Positions 60,849 through 64,000 of a DNA stretch of 64,000 nt are shown here, piece after piece. Numbering within the stretch: position 1 is the stretch's first letter; every line of letters starts with the position of its first letter. The stretch lies in NCBI GenBank assembly GCA_963842945.1, contig CAWJIM010000002.1, forward strand, positions 96,001 through 160,000. The letters are read 5' to 3'. The position numbers and the translations under genes were made by a program. The DNA is from an uncultured Gemmatimonadales bacterium. GTDB taxonomy: Bacteria; Gemmatimonadota; Gemmatimonadetes; Gemmatimonadales; GWC2-71-9. The notes under the pieces are model-generated. The model made no database searches. It saw nothing but the letters and a program-made list of their open reading frames with translations, and had not been told where the DNA came from.

Positions 60849-61965
60849 CCGAATCGCTCCGCCAGCGCCTGCCACGATGCGGCCGCTCGCCTGCCGTCGC
60901 CGTAGGGATTCACCGCGTTGGCCATGCGCTCGTACGCCGCCCGCGAGGTCAGCAGCTCGCTGGCCACGCTGCACGATGCGGTCGCGGTCGGTGCCGACCA
61001 CGACCGCGGTTCCGGCCTCGACCCCTTCGGGCCGCTCGGTCACTTCGCGGAGCACCAGTACCGGCTTGCCCAGCGAAGGCGCCTCCTCCTGAACGCCGCC
61101 GCTGTCGGTGAGCACCAGGTAGGCGCGGTTCATCAGGTGCACGAACTCCACGTAGTCCACCGGCTCGATCAGATACATCCCCGGCAGATCGCACAGGAGG
61201 CGCTCGACCGTCTCCTTGACCTGCGGATTGGGATGGACCGGCAGCACGAACTGCAGATCGGGGTGATCGGCTGGGCCAGCTCGCGAATGGCGGCGCAGGT
61301 GGACTCCAGCGGCGCCCCGAAGCTCTCCCGCCGGTGGGTGGTGACCAGCACCAGCCGGCGGCCGGGATCGAGCGAGGCCAGCTGGGGCTGAGCGGAAGCT
61401 GTAGTTCGGCCGGACGGTCTGAAGCAGCGCGTCGATGACGGTGTTGCCGGTGAGATGCACGTCGCGCGGCGGGATACCCTCGCTCAGCAGCGCCGCCCGG
61501 GCCTGCGCGGTCGGAGGCAAAGTGAATCGAGGCCAGCCGGGTGGTCAGCACCCGGTTCATCTCTTCGGGGAACGGCTGATAGCGGTCACCGGTGCGGAGA
61601 CCGGCTTCGACGTGACCCGAGGGAATTCGCTCGAGGTAGGCGGCGAAGGCGGCCGCGAAGCTGGTCATGGTGTCGCCCTGCACCAGCAGGACGTCGGGGC
61701 GGATCTGGCGCAGCAGCGGCGGCAGCCGCTCCAGCACTCGCGCGGTGACGTCCGGCGGGCGATTGACCGGCGGTCATCAGGTCGAGATCGTGATCGGCCT
61801 TGCAGACCGAAGACGTGCGAGCACCTGATCGAGCATGGCGCGATGCTGGGCCGACACGCAGACCACGCTCTCGAACCGATCGGGCGCGTTCTGAAGCGCC
61901 TGGACCACCGGCGCCATCTTGATCGCCTCCGGGCGGGTCCCGAAGACGCTGAGAACCCGGATCAT
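60845..61965 (-). CDS. wecB: UDP-GlcNAc 2-epimerase (non-hydrolysing)
   Basis: [55 protein letters not shown]. Confidence 0.93.
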
Positions 61966-62827
61966 CGTCTCGGAGCGTGACCGTCCGCAGCCGCTCGGCC
62001 ATGGTCTGCATCGTGACGAAGCGAAAGCCCCGCTCGAGCACGGTCGCAAAGACCTGCCGCAGGATCCGGTCGCGCACGCCCTCGTAGCAGGGTGGCCGTA
62101 CAGCACCACCGAGTCGTGCTCGTCGAGATGCTGGTTCGAGCTGGCGCAGCACCTCGGGCTCCGGCGTGCCCCGAGCGCCGTGATACTCGAGGAACGGAAT
62201 GGTGCGCGGGCCGGAGAGCGTCACCGGAATGGTCCAGTGCCTCACCGGCTTGTCCGTCCACGGTGGCCCGCCGGGGCTCGCCGCCGATGGCATCGCCGTT
62301 GTAGAGAAAGCCCAGCTCGTCGAGCAGCGCCATCACCCGCTCGTCGGAATAGAAACCCAGGGGAGGAAAACCCGGCCGGCTTGCCGAAGTGCCGGACGAA
62401 ATGGCCGATAGGACTTCTCCACGTCGGCCTGGAGCACGTCGGTCGGGCAGCTGGTGGAAGCGGCGGCTCCAGACCACGTGGTCCATGCCGCCGTGGAGGC
62501 CGAGCTCGTGGCCTTCAGCCTGCAGCGCTTGCAGCAGGGGAACGAAGGAGAGTCCCACCGGACGGGACAGGGCGGTCTCGATGATGAAAGCGGGGCCAGC
62601 CGGTTTTCTTGATGAGATGAACCGCATCGCGGTCGGCCAGCTTGGCCTTGGAGCGCGCGGTGCCCTGCCCGATCCACTCCACCAGGTTGGTGGAGCGGCC
62701 CATGTTCACGAAGAACGTGTTGGGCACACCGAAGTCGCGGCAGACCGCCCGGATCCGGGGAAGTCCGTCGGTGGCACAGACCCGATGATCGACGTCCCAG
62801 CGGAACGCGAACAGCCGCTCGCGTCAC
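61962..62827 (-). CDS. Polysaccharide deacetylase family (indels)
   Basis: [29 protein letters not shown]. Confidence 0.72.
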
Positions 62828-64000
62828 CGTGGCGTCCGGCGGCGACTTCGCGATAGATCTGCTCGAACTGCTCCGCCGAGCGATCCCAGTCGAACAGGCG
62901 GAGCGCGCGCTCGCGGCCGGCCTGGCCCATCTGCGCGGCGGCGCTGCGGGTCGGCCAGCAGCGATCCGATGGCCTGGGCCAGCGCCGTGGAGTCGCCCCG
63001 GGGCACCACCAGCCCGGTTACACCGTTCTCCACTACCTCGGGAAGCCCGCCCGCATCGCTGGCCACCACCGCAACCTCGCAGCCCATGGCCTCCGCCGCG
63101 GGAATGCCGAAGCCCTCCTCCAGCGAGGGGATGACCGACACGGCGGCGGCCCGGTAGTACGGCGGCAGCTCGGCATTGGGCACCCAGCCCAGGAAGGTGA
63201 CGTCTGTCGCCGATCCCGAGGTCTGCGGCCAGCCGGACCAGCTCGGGCCGTTCGAAGCCATCGCCCGCGAGCACGATCTTGAGATCGGGAAACTGCGGTT
63301 TCAGCTGCGGCGGCCGCCTCGAGCAGGAAGCGGATGCCCTTGCGGGGAAACAGCTGGCGGCAGGCGAAGATCATGTTCGGGCCGAAGCGCGGATCGGCCC
63401 GGTCTGCCATTGTCGCCGGGGCTGAACCGGCGGAGATCGGTGCCGTTGAACACCAGGCGGATGCGCTCGGCGGGCGCGCCGGCTCGCAACGCGTGCTGCC
63501 GGCAGTCCTCGGTGATCGCGGTCAGGGCGCCGGCGTGGCGCAGGGTCCAGCGCAGGGCCGGACGAACGTACCAGCGGGTCGGGAAATCGTACCCCTGCTC
63601 TGGGTTCACGTACACGTCGCCGCCGTGCATGGTGATGACGCTGGGCACCTGCAGCTTGCGCGCGGCCAGCACCGCAGCGGGCCCGGTCGGAATGGCCCAG
63701 TGGGCGTGGATCACATCGGCCCCGTGCTCTCGCGAGCCTCGCCATGATGGCCCGGTGCTGCGCCTCCATGATAGTGGGCCATGACCACCACCCGGGCGAA
63801 CCGGCCCAGCCAGCTCACCCGGCTCTGGGCGACTCGTGCCGTAAGTGAGATCCGGCGGCAGCTCCAGCGGAAAGCGGACGATCCTCACCCCGTCGAACAT
63901 GTCGTCCCGAGGGAGCGATGGATCGCCAGGCGTGACTACCGTGACGGAGTGGCCCCGGCGGACCAGGTGCCGGTTGATGTCGTGAACGTAGGTGGCCTGA
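62824..64000 (-). CDS. GT4 glycosyltransferase (5' end outside window)
   Basis: IHAHWAIPTG, HGGD, RKG, GDG, PSLEEGFGI..AEAMGC..VVASDAGG.PEVV. Confidence 0.9.

Overview
High-GC bacterial chromosome segment; gene content and protein styles suggest Gemmatimonadota (inference). Many genes are broken by 1-bp indels, most likely long-read consensus errors. Bases 1-37.9 kb are mostly minus-strand housekeeping operons: thrS, thiolase, bioY, CPBP, hbd, leucine dehydrogenase, rpiB, glyA, nnr, thiL, eno, ftsB, tRNA-Met, then tilS, hpt, ftsH, folP, DUF2723, yggS, divIVA, PNP, ileS, dksA/traR and lspA. An accessory block at ~14.3-22 kb interrupts them (Ig-repeat metzincin lipoprotein, split LigD domains with a YaaA-like partner, regulators, a gene relic). 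Bases 38-49 kb form a plus-strand operon (BON, valS, Ig-like lipoprotein, selA, gmhB, purN, purH, second DUF2723). Bases 49-56 kb hold secreted proteins and orphan response regulators before tRNA-Ser, and 56.3-64 kb is a polysaccharide-modification locus. The most unusual signal is a low-GC four-helix-bundle (IVS-protein family) gene enclosed by inverted arrays of a ~9-nt repeat inside an mRNA operon. About ten cargo-free 7-9-nt tandem-repeat arms or hairpins sit at other gene junctions, suggesting a mobile hairpin-cassette system. Also notable are a two-copy ~110-bp palindromic element and two DUF2723 transferases alongside secreted proteins rich in D-(S/T)-x sequons. All family calls come from motif recognition by eye; no searches were run.
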